Below are positions 37,546-50,095 of a stretch of 64,000 nt of DNA, in pieces (position 1 is the first letter of the stretch; each line of letters opens with the position of its first letter). This stretch comes from Azolla caroliniana (Eukaryota > Plantae > Polypodiophyta). The notes under the pieces are model-generated. The model had not been told where the DNA came from, did no database searches, and saw only the letters and a list, made by a program, of their open reading frames with translations. The position numbers were made by a program, and so were the translations under genes. The DNA is taken from NCBI GenBank assembly GCA_043228905.1, contig JBHGNT010000018.1:10168001-10232000 (forward strand), in the 5' to 3' direction.

Positions 37546-40500
37546 TGTTGAGAGACAAACTCAACATCGGCCGGATCGGCTGAAGAAGCCGAGGACCGGA
37601 TCGGCTGGGACCGATCGGTTAGGCCATTAGGAAAGATATTCCGTGAGGAATATATTTGGGAGTTAGTGTAGGAGCTGTTAATGAGCATTGAAGTACTGTC
37701 AGTACTCCAGTCAGTCCTTCTAAGGCTTGTACAAAGTGTTCATTGAACACATATATGTATAGTTTTTTGTCTTTCATAATATATTCTCCCTTTTGGTGTC
37801 TTCTCTAAAACTCTCTCTCGGTCTCTCTTGCGTATACTGTGTAAGCTCAAGCTCTCCATTAAACCTGAGTGTTCTCCCTTTTGTTTTGTCTTTATACTTG
37901 CTTCCGCACGCTACTTTTTACATGGTATCAGAGCGCGAGGGTTGAGAACCTCGCTACAGCCGACACAGCTTGACGAAGAAGAACAAGAAGAACGATGGAT
38001 AGAGGCATGGCGAGCTCGCTTCCAACAGAGAAGCTCGACAGAACCAACTACGCGTCTTGGTCCTACAAGATGCACCAGTACCGGCTCGGGCACGGCTACT
38101 GGAGTTATGTTGAAGGAGCTAATGACGCGGCACCCGAATCGACACACAGAGACTTTCCGTTGTGGGAGCAATCAGCGAGTAGGGTATTATACTGCTTCGC
38201 GTCGTGTGTGGGCGAACAACTATTGAGCTATGTTCGGGATGCAAAGACGCCGAAGGGTGCGTGGGAAAATTTGAAGAAGATTTTCGCTACGAGCACCACA
38301 GCCAGGAAGCTTCAGCTCCGACAGGAGTTGAGCAACCTACGACAATGCGACTTGTCGGTGGCGGACTATACCTCGAAGATCAAGGATATCTGCGACTCCC
38401 TCGCCTCCATAGAGGTGAACATCAAGGAGAGCGAGATGGTCCAGATCTGTCTCGGAGGTTTGGCGTCAAAGTTCGGAGCGTTCCGAATGGCTGTGTGTAC
38501 CCGGGAGAATACGCCGTCCTTTTTCGACTTACAGTCGATGCTCCTGGTAGAGGAGAACCACGCGGGTGCGTCTACAAGCACTCACACCGACAACAGAATG
38601 TTGTACACAGAGGGAGATAGGCCCCGTGGACGTGGAGGACGAGGCGAGTCGGCGCGCAATGGAGGCGGCCGACGAGATCAAGGAAGAAGGCACCGAAGTG
38701 ATGCCGACAGCAACTCCGGACCCTCCGGAAACAGGGGGAGTCGAAGCGATGAGAACCGGCAAGGGAAGGCCATCGCGGAGTGCTGGTACTGTGGCAAGAA
38801 AGGCCACAGGGAAAGTGAGTGCTGGAAGAAGCGCGCCGATTCGGACAGAACTGGTTCCGGGAACGGCTCCAGACATACCGACAAGGGAAATCGGCAGCGA
38901 TCGCACTACGCCAAAGACTCCGGGAGAGCCGGAGAAGGGACTGCCTTCGTGATGAGACACGAAGCAAACTCAATGAAACAGACCACCTCGAGATCGGACG
39001 AGGTGTGGTACGTAGACTCCGGCGCATCAAACCACATGACGAGCCATAAGGAGTGGTTCTCATACCTTGAAAACCCAATACAACCTGGAGTAGTCGCAAC
39101 TGGAGACGACACTCCGCATCTGATCGCGAATGTCGGAGAAGTTCCCCTTAGCCATGTCGGGCAGAAAGGGAAACTCATGAATGTGCTGCACGTCCCAACA
39201 ATCACGAAAAACCTGGTCTCGGTCGGACAGATCGTCGACCAAGGAATGGAGGTTCGGTTTACACACCTCGGGTGCTTCATTGAGGAAGAAGGCCGTGTGA
39301 TTGCGCAAGGGCGCAGAGACGGGAGGATGTTCATCCTCGATTCCACTGACGGCGGCACCGCAATGTTCGTGAAGGGACAAAAGACCGAGTCGACCATGTA
39401 AAGCTCCAGCTTGCGGCATCGTTCGACATGAAGGATCTGGGGGACCTTCATTACTTCCTCGGGATCGAAGTGATCCGTACCCCCGAAGGCATATTGATCA
39501 GCCAACGTCATTACGTGCTGGGTATGCTCTTCAAACTCGGGATGGCCGACTGTAAGTCCGTCTCGACTCCTCTGGATAGAACCATCAAGCTTTGTCCCGA
39601 TATGGGAAAGGTATGCGACCCGACGAGGTTCCGACAAATTGTCGGAAGCCTCATATACTTGACCATCACCCGACCTGACCTCAGTTATCCGGTCGGAGTG
39701 ATCAGTCAGTTCATGGCGCGACCTACCGAGGAGCACCTTTAGTGTGCGCAACGCATACTTCGGTATGTCAACGACACTAAGGACCGGGGACTGCTATATC
39801 GAACCGGTGCAGCCGCGCGGTTAGTCGGCTACACCGATGCTGATTGGGCTGGCAATGCCGCCGATCGCCGATCCATGTCCGGATATGCGTTCTCCCTCGG
39901 GAGTGCCGCGATCGCGTGGAGTAGTAAGAAGCAGCCGACAGTTGCCCTGTCGAGCACCGAAGCTGAGTACTGAGGAGCGGCTGTCGCGACATGCGAAGCC
40001 ATATGGTTGAAGCGGCTACTTAAGGACCTGCAAGAGGAGGTGTCAGATCCGATGACGATCTACTGCGACAACCTCAGCAGCATCCAGCTCGCGAAGAACC
40101 CCGTTTTCCACGCACGGACCAAGCACATTGAGGTGCACTACCATTTCGTCCGTGAGCGTGTCCTTTCCGGTGAAGTCAAACTTCAGTATGTTCCGACGGC
40201 TCGGCAGACTGCTGACATCTTCACAAAGCCTCTTGGTCTGGACAAGTTGCGGCAATTCTCCGGTGCGCTCGGATTGCGTCACCTCGACGTGCCAAACTTG
40301 AGGGGGAGAACAGTCCCGAACGACAAAGTAAAGTAGTAGGAAAGGAGCGGAGGCCGCGATACCGAGCCGGTTGACTCGACTGTTGACTCGGTTGTCGAGT
40401 TTGACTTCGGATCGGATCGGCTAAGGGCGGACCCACGGAAAAGTCTGAAAACGGACAGAAGGGGAGCAGCCAAAGGAGAGAGCCGAAGTCAACCACGCAT

Positions 40501-41216
40501 GGGGGAGATGACGCCATTGAGGGCGAGAAGACCGAAGACGAGTTGGAGACAGCCAACTTGGACGAGAACGAAAACCGATCGGAGGTAGCCGAGTCGGTTC
40601 GGATGTTTGATTCAAATACGCTGAATCAACTGAGGCCCAAGCGGAAGAAAAGGCAGTAGGAGAAGCGTCAACACCGCAACAACAGAAGAGCTGATAAGGG
40701 TCACATGAGCAGACAAGCCGGCCATAAGGGTCGAAGCGCGCAGAGTCGAACAGGTCGAGGAGCGCGAGCGAGGCATGAAGCTAGGAGGAACCGGAGCTGT
40801 GAAAATCCCGAAGAGCCTCAAGTTGAGCTTGAGGGGGAGTGTTGAGAGACAAGCTCAACATCGGCCGGATCGGCTGAAGAAGCCGAGGACCGGATCGGCT
40901 GGGACCGATCGGTTAGGCCGTTAGGAAAGATATTCCGTGAGGAATATATTTGGGAGTTAGTGTAGGAGTTGTTAATGAGCATTGAAGTACTGTCAGTACT
41001 CCAGTCAGTCCTTCTAGGGCTTGTACAAAGTGTTCATTGAACACATATATGTATAGTTTTTTGTCTTTCATAATATATTCTCCCTTTTGGTGTCTTCTCT
41101 AAAACTCTCTCTCGGTCTCTCCCACATATACTGTGTAAGCTCAAGCTCTCCATTAAACCTGAGTGTTCTCCCTTCTATTCTGTCTTTATACTTGCTTCCG
41201 CACGCTACTTTTTACA
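37546..41216 (+). mobile_element. Two-LTR Ty1/Copia element with an internal deletion of integrase and most of RT
   Basis: 377-bp LTRs at 37546-37922 and 40840-41216 (about 11 mismatches by eye, all transitions). Perfect TSD AGTTC. PBS-Met 37923-37934, PPT 40831-40839, gag-PR ORF 37995-39401, RT end and RNase H 39400-40336. Confidence 0.97.
37995..39401 (+). CDS. Copia Gag-protease polyprotein, 468 aa, open
   Basis: UBN2-type gag (KLDRTNYASW), CCHC knuckle CWYCGKKGHRESEC, protease WYVDSGASNHMT. Confidence 0.92.
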   Translation: MDRGMASSLPTEKLDRTNYASWSYKMHQYRLGHGYWSYVEGANDAAPESTHRDFPLWEQSASRVLYCFASCVGEQLLSYVRDAKTPKGAWENLKKIFATSTTARKLQLRQELSNLRQCDLSVADYTSKIKDICDSLASIEVNIKESEMVQICLGGLASKFGAFRMAVCTRENTPSFFDLQSMLLVEENHAGASTSTHTDNRMLYTEGDRPRGRGGRGESARNGGGRRDQGRRHRSDADSNSGPSGNRGSRSDENRQGKAIAECWYCGKKGHRESECWKKRADSDRTGSGNGSRHTDKGNRQRSHYAKDSGRAGEGTAFVMRHEANSMKQTTSRSDEVWYVDSGASNHMTSHKEWFSYLENPIQPGVVATGDDTPHLIANVGEVPLSHVGQKGKLMNVLHVPTITKNLVSVGQIVDQGMEVRFTHLGCFIEEEGRVIAQGRRDGRMFILDSTDGGTAMFVKGQKTESTM

Positions 41217-44200
41217 AGTTCTTTTACATGACTTACATGAAAAACTGGATGGATTTCGACGCCATCAGGAAGAGCGAGACAATAGGTTGTTGAACCAATG
41301 CATTTGAGAATTGTAAAGGGTCCACAAAACCGTGGGGCTAACTTAGCGCACTTACTTGTACTTAGAATTGTGAGGTACACGTAAAAATACCTTCTGTCCA
41401 GGGTTGAATACATGAGGTTGCCTATTATGATCGACATAAAAACGTGCTCTATCTTGAGTTATTTTTATATTATCTCATGCAATATGAATCATATCTTGCA
41501 TATCCCAAAGAAATTTTGTGTACTTTGCAACTCATCATGATGTATATTAACATCAATCGGGGCTCATGGCTGAAAACCGTACATCAACATAAAAGGACAT
41601 ATCTCGTCGATGTATGCTTGGAGCTATTATAAGCTAACTCCAAAATTGGGAGATAACGTTCCCATTTTGTTGGTTTTGCACCAACGTATGCTCGAAGCGT
41701 GTCCTCAATAATTTGATTTACTCATACTGTCTGTCCATCGGATTGACGATGATCTGTGGAGCTCAGGCTTAATGTAGTTTCTAACTTCTTAAAGACTTGT
41801 GTCCAAAAGTCGTTAGTAAACTTTGGATCTTGATCACTCACGATATCCATCGGTAACACATAAAAACGAAATTACTCATCCACGAATTGGTAAGCCAATT
41901 TAGGAGTTGTTACCATGGTTTTAGTGGCAATAAATCTAGCCATTTTAGTTAGTCTATCAACCACAACCCAGATGGCATCATGGCCTTTTTGGATGCGAGG
42001 AAGGATAACAAGAAAATCCATGGATATACTTTCCCACTTATTGTTGGGAAATTCCAAGGATGTAAAAGTCCAACGGCTTTAAGTTGCTCGACTTGGTTAA
42101 CTTGACACTGGTGACATTTAGTCACATAGCTATGTATGTCAAGACGCATCTAGACAGTAGAATTGAGTGGAGATGAGAATGAGTGTGTGATGTATTCTAA
42201 GGTGCCCTGTTGAGGGTGCATCATGGCATTAAAAAAGAATTCTCTTTTTTATCTCAGGCAAATCTAGAACACAAACCTTCCCATTACGGTAGAGCAAACC
42301 GTTAGCAATGTGGAAGGATTCCTTCGAGGTTGTGGTGATGTTTGTTCCAGACTCAACTCTTGCCTAATACTTTCCAAAATAACTGTCATCAGGATACTTT
42401 CCTCGAAGGTGATCATAAAGATATGATGTTATTTCAGTGAAGCTAACCATGTTAAATTCACGGATGCGACTTAGTGCATCAACGACAATGTTCATGGAAC
42501 CTTTACGATATCGTATGGAAAACTCAAAGTCATGGACGAGATTTACCCATCGTGCCTTATGACCTTTAAGGTCTTATTGGTCACAAAAATATTTCAAGGA
42601 CTCGTGGTCCGTAGTTACCACAAAACGATTCCCATAAAGATAATGGTGCCATGACTTTAGCGCATGGATAACTACAAATATCTCATTTTCTTGAACGGTA
42701 TACCGACATTCAACAAAATCGAGTTTCTTACTCTCAATACTATTGGTTTACTATCTTGATAGAGGACAACACCTACAACATAATCACTTGCGTCGCTAAC
42801 AACCTGAAAAGGTTTTGAAGGATCTGGTAAAAGAAGTGAAGGAGCTTTGCACACCTGGTCCTTGAGTTCCTTAAAGGCGAGGTCTAGTGTAGTATTCCAT
42901 ACAATAGGTTTTGTAGACTTACGCATTTGACCTTCAGTAAATGGTGTCATCAATTGAGAGTAATTGCGAAGAGATTTTCGCAAAGCCACCTTACAAAACC
43001 AAGGAATAATTGAACTTCTCGAATATTTTGAAGAGTGGGCCACAATTTGACTTTCTTGATGCGAGAAGGATCAATTTTAACTCCTCGTTTCTTGAAGAAC
43101 TCACATTTCGAGATCTTTGCGTAAAATTGTTTGTTGCACAATGTTTGTAAAACAAAGCAAACATGTTTACCATGTTCTTCTAACGTATGACTATAAACTA
43201 AAATATCATCCAAGAAAATAACAATAGATTTTCCAAGTTGTTCTCGGAAGATGTCATTCATTTCTTGTTGAAATGTGGATGGAGCATTGGTCATGACCAA
43301 AAACTCATAATGGCTGTAGTGTGTACAAAATGCCATTTTAGGAATATCTTCCTCACTTATACGAATTTGATGGTAACTCGTACGAAGATCAAGTTTTGTA
43401 AAATACCGAGCTCCTTGGAGACGGTCAATCAGATCGTCAGCCCGAGGCAATGGATATGAATTCTTGATCGTCACTTTATTCAAGCATCGATAATTAAAGC
43501 ACATATGCAATGTGCCATCTTTCTCTTTTACCAAGAGAGCAGGTGCACCCCATGGAGATTTACTGTAATGTGTATAACCCATTCGTAAATAGTCCTCGAG
43601 TTGCTTAAATACATCATCCTCGTTGGATCGGCTTAAGCGATATGGAGGTATACTTATTGGTGCAAAGCTAGGTACAAGATCTATACGATGGTCTATATTA
43701 TGTTTAGGAGGTAAACGTGAATGTTCGGATCAAGTACACATAAGACAACTCAAATATTGATGGAGAGGAAACAATCGAAAGAAATTGTTTTTTTACACAT
43801 TGAATAAAATGAGTACAGTGAGATTGAATAAAACCAAGGATAACCAAGTATTACATCAGTCGTACAAAGATTCATTCCATGGAAATCTATTTCTTCTACA
43901 TAAGTATCAATAGAAATTCCTAATGAATGAATCGCCCCGTTGATGTATTGTACTCTTCCATCAGCCAAGTGCACCTCATAGGTGTGATCACTTACGGTGG
44001 GTTGGATTCCCCATATCTGAACCAAATGATCATTCACAAAGTTATGTGAGCTTCTCGAATCAAATAAGAATTGTATTGGAGACCCATTGATATACTTGTT
44101 TGCACGTAGTAAATCATTGGTTCCCACTACATAGTGAGGGAAAGAATATTTACAACTACTTAAATGATGCATTGACCTCAAGGACATCAGAAATCTGACC

Positions 44201-44407
44201 TTTATTGTCTGCAACATTGGTTTTGTTGTCATGCTCTTTTCGTTGGAGCTTCTGACATTGCTCTTTCGTATGACCCTTCTTTTTGTAGGACACACAAAAA
44301 GGATTTTGTCGCTTACAATCGCGATCCATGAATTCGTTGGATGTCTTGCGTTTCCCAGTGAATAGTGTCTGCTTAGTCCCGGGTGCTTCGGGTTTGTTAT
44401 GGTCCTT

Positions 44408-46504
44408 TGTTGAGCGAGCAAGCTCAACTTGGGCCGGATCGACGGAAGAAGCCAAGAGTCGGATCAGACGAAGACTGATCGGCTAGGCCAGATCGGCGGG
44501 GAGCTAGAAGGATGTTAGGGGCCTATATTCCTATTTTAGTAAATAGGAATATTATAGGCAGAGTTAGTGTCGGGCCCATCTATGAGCATTAAAGTACTGA
44601 TAGTAGTTGTGTCAGCCCACTCGTCAGGGCTTGTATAAGAAGTGCTATGTGAGCATATTGTATGTATTGAGTCTTTTGATAATACAATCTTTTAGTTTGT
44701 CTGCTCACTCAGTCTCTCTCTCTCACCCTTACTTTGTGCTTACCTTACTGTCATACTTTTGAATAACTGACTGTGCACTTTGTGCTTTTTCAAACGCTTC
44801 CACATGTAATCTTTTACATGGTATCAGAGCGAGAGGGTTAGAAGAATCCCCTGTTGCTGACAAAGCGAACAAGACAGAGACAAGTTTTTTGTCTTCGAGA
44901 AAAGAAAACATAGGAACATGGACAGAGGTATGGGAAGCTCACTTCCGACAAAAAAGCTCGATAGGAGCAACTATGCATCTTGGTCCTAAAAGATGCACTA
45001 GTACCTGCTCGGGCACGGATACTGGAGCTATGCTGAAGGAGCTAATGATGCAACACCAGATTCGACACACAAAGATTTCTCGGCCTGGGAACAGGCAGCA
45101 AGAAGAGTTCTTTACTACTTTGCATCATGTGTGAGCAACCAACTATTGAGCTACATCTGGGACACCAAAACGTCGAAGGATGCTTGGGGAAATATGAAGA
45201 AGATTTTCTCCGCAAGCACCAGAGCCAGAAAGTTACACCTCAAACAAGAGCTGAGCAACATCTGACAGAGAGATATGTGACTGATTACACCTCCAAGATC
45301 AAGGAGATCTGCGACTCATTCGGATCTATCAACATGACGGTTGAAGAAGATGAGATGGTGCAGGTCTGCCTCAGAGGGTTGACGTTGAAGTTCGAAGCAT
45401 TCTGAACAACGGTTTGCACGAGAGAGAATACCCCATCCTTCTTTGAGTTGCAGTCAATGCTTCTCGTTGAAGAGAACCACATAGGTGCATCGACAACCAC
45501 ACATGCCGATAACAGAGATGTTGTACACAGAGGTAGATCAACCTCGTGGTCATGGTAGATGAGGCGGGTCGGCACACAATGGAGGCAACCGACAAGAGCA
45601 GAACCAGAGGCATAATAGAAATGCTGATAGCAGTTCCAGAACTTCTACGAGGAGGGGGAGTCAAGGCGGCGCCGGAAGTCGGCAAGGAAAAGCTGCGATG
45701 AACTGTTGGTATTGTGGCCATAAGGGTCATTGAGAGAGCGAGTGCTGGAAAAAGCGTGCCGATTTGGATCGAGCCTAGGTGACGCAGATAGGCCTCAAAG
45801 ATCGCACTATGCTAAAGGCTCAGGGCGAGCTAGGACGGACCTTGCCTTCATTATGAAGCACAAAGCCAACTTGATGGTGGTGAGCACCTCGAAGTCGAAC
45901 GAGGTGTGGTACGTGGATTCCAGAGCATCAAACCATATGATGAATAACAAGGAGTGGTTCTCAATGCTGGAGAAGCCGGAACGGCCAGGGGTTGTCAAAA
46001 CTGGTGATGACATCCCTCACTCCATTGAACATATTAGAGATGTTCCTCTTAGCCATGTCGGTCAGAGAGGAATCATGAGAAATGTGTTGCATGTGCAGAC
46101 AATCACCAAGAACTTGGTGTTTCTTGAACAAATTGTCGACCAAGGCATGCAAGTCCGATTTACTCACCTCAAGTGCTTCATAGAGGAAGAAGGCCGGATT
46201 ATTGCGCAAGGGTGCCAAGAAGGGAGGATGTTTATCCCTGAGACGAATGATGTTGGCGCCGCTATGTTTGCCAAAGGGTAGAAGGTCGAATAGGATATTG
46301 ACCTATGGCACAATCGATTTGGCCATGTCAACTTCCCACGGCTTCAAGAGATGCAGACAAAAAACATCGTTTTTTGCTTGCCGAAATTTAGTGGCCGAAA
46401 GGGCCAAGTCAGCAAAGCTTGTCAGTTAGGGAAGTAACACCGATTTCCATTCCAGAACGAGCGTAATCAGAGCCGTAACAAGCTTGATTTAATCCATTCG
46501 AATG
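44408..46504 (+). mobile_element. 5' half of a related Copia element (LTR 44408-44818, PBS-Met 44819-44830, decayed gag, PR and pre-integrase)
   Basis: TGTTGAG...TTACA followed by TGGTATCAGAGC. Homologous to 37995-39401 but with stops and frameshifts. Cut at the LIHS(D/N)V motif by the next LTR. Confidence 0.92.
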
Positions 46505-46774
46505 TGTTGGGGAACAAGTTCCTCTGAATGGGATCCTGATAAGTACCGGACGAGCCGGATCAGACGGGACGAAGGAAGGAACCAGAAGATATCTGGATAC
46601 TAGATCAGATGGATTTGGAAGGAATTTGAACGGATCCGGTATGAACCAACAAATAGCAACATATTAGTAAATATGTTCAGACGTGACCGTTGAGGTCATA
46701 TTTGTAAATAGCCCTAAAGTTATATAAGTATAAATATAAGGGGCAACAATGTTCATTATGATGGTGATTATCAT
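46505..46774 (+). mobile_element. Partial LTR related to the solo LTR at 49155
   Basis: TGTTGGGGAACA start. Shares ACATATTnGTAAATATGTT...ATATTTGTAAATAGCC with 49492-49547. Confidence 0.65.
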
Positions 46775-47265
46775 TGTCAAGGCCTTAGCTTGACAAAAGA
46801 AGATTGAACAAGAGAGGAAAAGAAAGAGAGAACAATGACCATATTTTATTATAATAAGAAAATATACAAGAGCAAGAACTAGAATATTTGCCAAAGACTT
46901 GGTGTTGAACCATAATGGTTTTAACAATACAATATGTCCTATTTATATAGGAGTAGTATGTGCCCCTTGGATGTTTGTAGGGTCATGGCACCCTTTGGAT
47001 ATTTATAGGGTTACATTATGAATATTATAATAAAGTAAATTATAATATCTTTATGTACAACATATATAACCTAATGCTTAGTGCTGAGTGCTTCTCCTTA
47101 GGAGGTCATGGGTTCGAGTCACCCTAAACCTCATGGGGTTTCATCTACTCATGACACCATCTCCCTCCTTCGATGACGAGTTCCACGAGTCGTAATGCAT
47201 GAATTGGGGTTCGGCTTATTTGGATATTGGCAATGAAATTCAGCTACAATATGTCACCGAGTAAG
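46775..47265 (-). mobile_element. 3' LTR (46775-47156), PPT and pol C-terminus of a Tf1/sushi-like Gypsy element
   Basis: Minus strand reads ...AEFHCQYPNKP, then PPT GAAGGAGGGAGATGG (47157-47171), then LTR TGTCATGA...TTGACA, which is homologous to the LTR at 59157. Confidence 0.75.
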
Positions 47266-47269
47266 ACCT

Positions 47270-48133
47270 CTAGGACTACAGATACCTCAAGAACTATGGA
47301 CCGGCAACAAGCTGAGGATTTTCGGGTGCAAAGCATACGCCCTCATACTGAAAGACGATCACCGCAAACTTGCACCAAGGTCCAAGAAATGCATTTTCCT
47401 ACGTTATGGACCAGATGGCGAATTTGGCTACCGACTTTGGGACCCCGAGCACAGACAGATCGTCACAATGCCTCGAACCACATCGACGTTCGATATCACT
47501 TTGTTCGGGACTACGTCATTTCAAGGAAAATCGGCCTCGAGAAGATATCTACAGTTGATAATGTTGCAGATGGGATGACCAAGTGTCTTTTGGCGGATCA
47601 ATTCCAATCCCTTCGGCACTAGATGGGTGTAACAAAAAATCAGTCCAAATAAGTCGAATACTCGAGATGTTTTCGAAAAATCGACTTTGACAGTTCTGTT
47701 TTTTGAACTTCACCCACTTGAATGAAATTTTGATTTGCCCAAAAACTTTGTATCAATATGTATTGTACATTCATTTAGATTTTACAGATTTTCAATGTAT
47801 ACGCCCATTACAGGGGAGTGTTGAATGCGGGTCTGTAATGGACATATTCACATTGTCTCCTTTTGTACACACTAGGTCTAGGCTATTTATGTAAATAGTG
47901 AGAAGGGCAGTTGCCCTAAGTTAGTCAGTATATAAACTGACTTTGTAACCTAGTTTTATTGGTTGATACAATTAAGTTTATCTTGTGCCCAACGTCTCTC
48001 TCTCCCTTGCGTTCTAAGTTGCTCATTGTTTTATGTCTCTTTTGACATCAATCTACCTTGATTGTATATGTTTATTGATCTTCTATTAGAAGAGTGTTGA
48101 TTTGTTCCACACTAGACGACCTTGTCTCCAACA
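47270..48133 (+). mobile_element. Deleted Copia 3' fragment (integrase tail, RNase H end, PPT, 3' LTR 47819-48133)
   Basis: LRIFGCKAY...GYRLWDP, HIDVRYHFVRD...NVADGMTK, then AGGGGAG followed by TGTTG...CAACA. Confidence 0.8.
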
Positions 48134-49017
48134 ACCGATGTGCTAAACCACCGAGGTAGATCTGGACCATCTCATCTTCGTCCACCATCACGTTAATGGA
48201 ATCAAGTGCGTCGTAGATCTCCTTGATCTTGGTGGTGTAATCGGTGACCGACATGTCCCATTGCCGGATAATGTTGAACTCTTGCCGGAGCTGCAATTCC
48301 GAGCCATGGTACTTGCAGCAAAAATCTTTCGGAGATTTTCCCAAACCTCCTTCGGTGATTTTGCATCTCTGATGTAGCCAAGCATCTGGTCATGCACACA
48401 GACGCGAGGCAAACAAAACCTTGCTCGCTCCTTGCTCGCCATGCTTTTGTTAATTTCTTTTCTCTTCGGTCTGTCCTTTACCGGGTGTTACGGTTTGTCT
48501 GTGAACGTCACTCGTCAACAATAGAGGATTCTCAACCCTCACGCTCTGATACCATGTAAAGAATAACGAGCGGAAGCTTGTAGAAAAACCGGCTCAACCG
48601 GATTACAACAATAAAATAGAGAAATAATGTTTAATGGAAGCTTAAGAACAGAGAATACACAGGAGACACAGAGAGAGCAAAACAACAAAAAACTCAATTC
48701 AAAATAATAACACTTTGTACATACAATGTGCTCAGTGAGCACTTTTATACAAGTCCTTACATAGACTGACATAAGTACTGACATGTACTTCAATGCTCAT
48801 ACGAGTGACTGCCACTGACTCCCAATAATACGCTTACGTACTAGGCTAGATTCGTAGGCCTCTAATGGCCTACCAGTTCCAATCCGGCATGTCTCTCCGA
48901 TCCGGCTCTTGGTTCCGGATACTGATCCGAACACCGATCCGGTTCTTCATTCTGGATGTTGATCCGGATATGGCTTGTTCAGCTGATCCGGATCCGGTTG
49001 AGCTTGTCCGCTCAACA
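48134..49017 (-). mobile_element. Copia 5' LTR (48555-49017), PBS-Met (48543-48554) and gag fragment, same family as 37546
   Basis: TGTTGAGCGGACAAGCTCAAC...TTTACA followed by TGGTATCAGAGC on minus. Gag YIRDAKSPKEVWENLRKIF. Confidence 0.9.
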
Positions 49018-50095
49018 TTATGACCTTTTTCGGGATTTTCTACATATCTTTCTCATCATCTATTAGATGATCTGTTGATTTACTCTAAAACACAAGAGGA
49101 GCATGATATATTTGTCTAGAAAGTACTTGAACGCTTAAGAAAGTATGGTCTATATGTTAGGAAACATGTCCCTCCGGATGGGAAGTGAGAAGAACAGTAC
49201 TGATGAGCAAACTCGGCCGAGGCCGAAACCAGATGTGATGTACTCGGCAAGCGCCGGATGACAAGTACCCGGCAACGGAAGACCCGGTGAGAACCGGATG
49301 ACGAGTACTCGGCAATGGAAGACCTGGTGAGAATCGGATGACGAGTACCCGACAAGAGCTGGATGGTGAAGACCCGGTGAGAACCGGATGTGGAGTACCC
49401 GGCAACGGAAGACCCGGTGAGAACTGGATGACATGTGCCCGGCAAGCGCCAGATGATGCAGGTCCGGTGAGGAGTGCTCACCGGATGAAGGGACATATTC
49501 GTAAATATGTTTCTGAGAGTCCATTGAGGCGATATTTGTAAATAGCCGGAAAGTCATATTAGCATAAATATGACTTAGGGCAAACTTAATGTTATGTTGT
49601 TGTCATTCTTGTTGGCGCAAGACTAGTGAGCGCGTAACAGTGTATAGAGAGTGAGAGAGAGAGAGAGAGAGGTCGTTGCCTCTATTGTAACCGCCGCCTG
49701 TGGCGAAGATCGTGAGCGCGAGGTCATTGCCTCCGTGAGCTCACTGTTGTAATCATTGTGATATAATGATAGTTTGGAGTCTGTGGACTCCCGTGGTTTT
49801 TCCCTCTCAGGGTTTTCCACGTTAAACATCCTGTGTACTCTTCTCTCCTTTGTGTCGTGTGTATTCATTCCCGTTTTCTGTGTTTGATCTTAGACTCGGT
49901 TGTGGCCGAGCGGTGTTCATCGGAGCGTGCAGTTCCTGTCACTATATGCCAAACTTGAGAAGTGTAGTTTTGACAACGAACAAGTTGATTTCTTGGGTTT
50001 TATACTATTTCACCCAAGGGTATCTTCATGGATCCAACAAAAGTCAAAACAATATTGGAATGGCAACCCCCACATTCTGTTCGAGATGTCCAATG
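49018..50095 (+). mobile_element. Gypsy (Tf-like) RT fragment interrupted by a solo LTR
   Basis: LDDLLIYSKTQEEH...VLERLRKYGL|YAKLEKCSF...MDPTKV...SVRDVQC. Confidence 0.82.
49155..49941 (+). mobile_element. Solo LTR (787 bp) with perfect 5-bp TSD CTATA and internal tandem repeats of about 39 bp
   Basis: CTATA-TGTTAGG...CTGTCA-CTATA. Repeats CCGGATGACGAGTACCCGGCAACGGAAGACCCGGTGAGAA at about 49254-49490. Confidence 0.93.

Larger units (their letters stand above)
36546..44407 (-). mobile_element. Ty3/Gypsy chromovirus (gag end, PR, RT, RH, INT, chromodomain, PPT, 3' LTR 36546-37286), degenerate and split by a Copia insertion
   Basis: Knuckle remnant CVSYKKKGHTKEQC, PR LFDSRSSHNF, RT ORF 42950-43582 (IFLDDILVYS), RH SDASDY, INT WESISMDF...VVVDRLTK, chromodomain PERILD...IKWRDKSIQDATWE at about 37340-37470, PPT AAAGAGGGGGAG at 37289-37300. 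Confidence 0.9.

Noticed and set aside
38204-39751. Long overlapping and antisense ORFs over the Copia gag-PR
   Set aside because: Expected shadow ORFs of GC-rich coding sequence, with no independent motifs.
47060-47130. Possible tRNA gene (also 59165-59235 and 33936-34010)
   Set aside because: Acceptor and T stems do not close properly. Reported only as tRNA-like promoter cassettes.
49254-49490. Regularly spaced repeats of about 39 bp that superficially resemble a CRISPR array
   Set aside because: The units are contiguous tandem copies without unique spacers, lie inside a TSD-flanked solo LTR, and have no cas genes nearby. The context is eukaryotic.
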